24,000 nucleotides of DNA from Comamonadaceae bacterium (GTDB lineage Bacteria > Pseudomonadota > Gammaproteobacteria > Burkholderiales > Burkholderiaceae_C), in assembly GCA_027485235.1 (NCBI GenBank), contig JAIXRJ010000018.1, positions 11,389-35,388 on the forward strand, in the 5' to 3' direction. Under the pieces are notes generated by a model. The model ran no database searches, was not told the DNA's origin, and saw only the letters and a program-made list of their open reading frames with translations. Each line of letters starts with the position of its first letter. Position 1 is the stretch's first letter. Shown one piece after another: positions 23,728 through 24,000 of the stretch. Both the position numbers and the translations under genes were made by a program.

Positions 23728-24000
23728 GGCAAGGCATGGTTGAAACAGCGTGCCGCGCTGCCGATCCACACCATCCGCGCTGCCCTGCTGTCCGCCCTGC
23801 AGCAGCACGACGTGGTGGTGGTCATGGGCGACACAGGCTGCGGCAAGACCACGCAGGTGCCACAGTACCTTTTGGAAGATGCAGCAGAGCATGGCAGCGC
23901 GGCCAACGTGGTGGTGACGCAGCCTCGGCGCATTGCGGCGATGTCGGTTGCGGAGCGGGTGGCGGAGGAGCGGGGGGAGGGGCGGGCAGGGACCCCAGGG
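23728..24000 (+). CDS. DEAH/RHA-box helicase fragment (motifs I and Ia), open at the window end
   Basis: This is the same reading frame as rplM. The translation is [91 protein letters not shown]. It contains the LPI...(helicase start), Walker [12 protein letters not shown] (23827-23853) and motif Ia TQPRR.AA.SVAERV (23917-23940) pattern of the DEAH/RHA family. Confidence 0.75.

Noticed and set aside
23500-24000. Interpreting the open frame as a bona fide L13-helicase fusion protein, or as part of a novel system.
   Set aside because: A 57-residue L13 stub lacks most of the fold. The essential remainder of rplM and rpsI is missing. Composition and codon usage change at the joint, and the in-frame continuation can easily arise by chance. 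A chimera or foreign DNA is the default explanation until read-level evidence says otherwise.
1-24000. A screen of the whole window for CRISPR arrays, tRNA/rRNA genes, IS elements, integrases, phage genes and clustered defence genes.
   Set aside because: I saw no regularly spaced direct repeats with unique spacers and no cloverleaf-capable tRNA-like segments in the intergenic regions. I also saw no DDE, tyrosine or serine recombinase signatures and no terminal inverted repeats flanking any block. The only repeat of note is the two-copy 42-bp tandem at 5599-5676.

Overview
By eye this is a high-GC chromosomal segment. Gene content and protein signatures look betaproteobacterial (Burkholderiales/Comamonadaceae-like). 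It holds about 25 protein genes, nearly all recognisable core or catabolic functions. Left to right: an FAD aromatic monooxygenase (cut by the left edge, missing from the ORF track) with its MarR regulator; a higBA toxin-antitoxin pair; a PNPOx-family protein; a stand-alone glcD-like FAD oxidase; a LysR regulator; purU; a class-III aminotransferase; an AbrB-family membrane protein; a DUF3567/DUF3108 pair; an IclR regulator divergent from an FAH-family hydrolase; prfC; an SAH riboswitch leading ahcY-tlyA-metF; the phenylacetyl-CoA oxygenase operon paaABCDE behind a 26-bp perfect palindrome; rlmJ; and the 5' end of rplM. I found no rRNA, tRNA, CRISPR array, transposase, integrase or defence-island architecture. 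higBA is the only clearly accessory module, so I cannot support a claim of a new multi-gene system here. The most anomalous signal is at the right edge. L13 (rplM) homology stops abruptly after codon 57 (~23670). The same frame then runs without a stop into a DEAH/RHA helicase fragment (Walker [10 protein letters not shown], motif Ia TQPRRIAA) with different codon usage and a eukaryote-like motif flavour. An assembly or concatenation chimera, or foreign DNA, is more likely than a real fusion. Several long ORFs in the supplied track are antisense shadow ORFs typical of high-GC DNA. Several real genes start well inside their listed ORFs.
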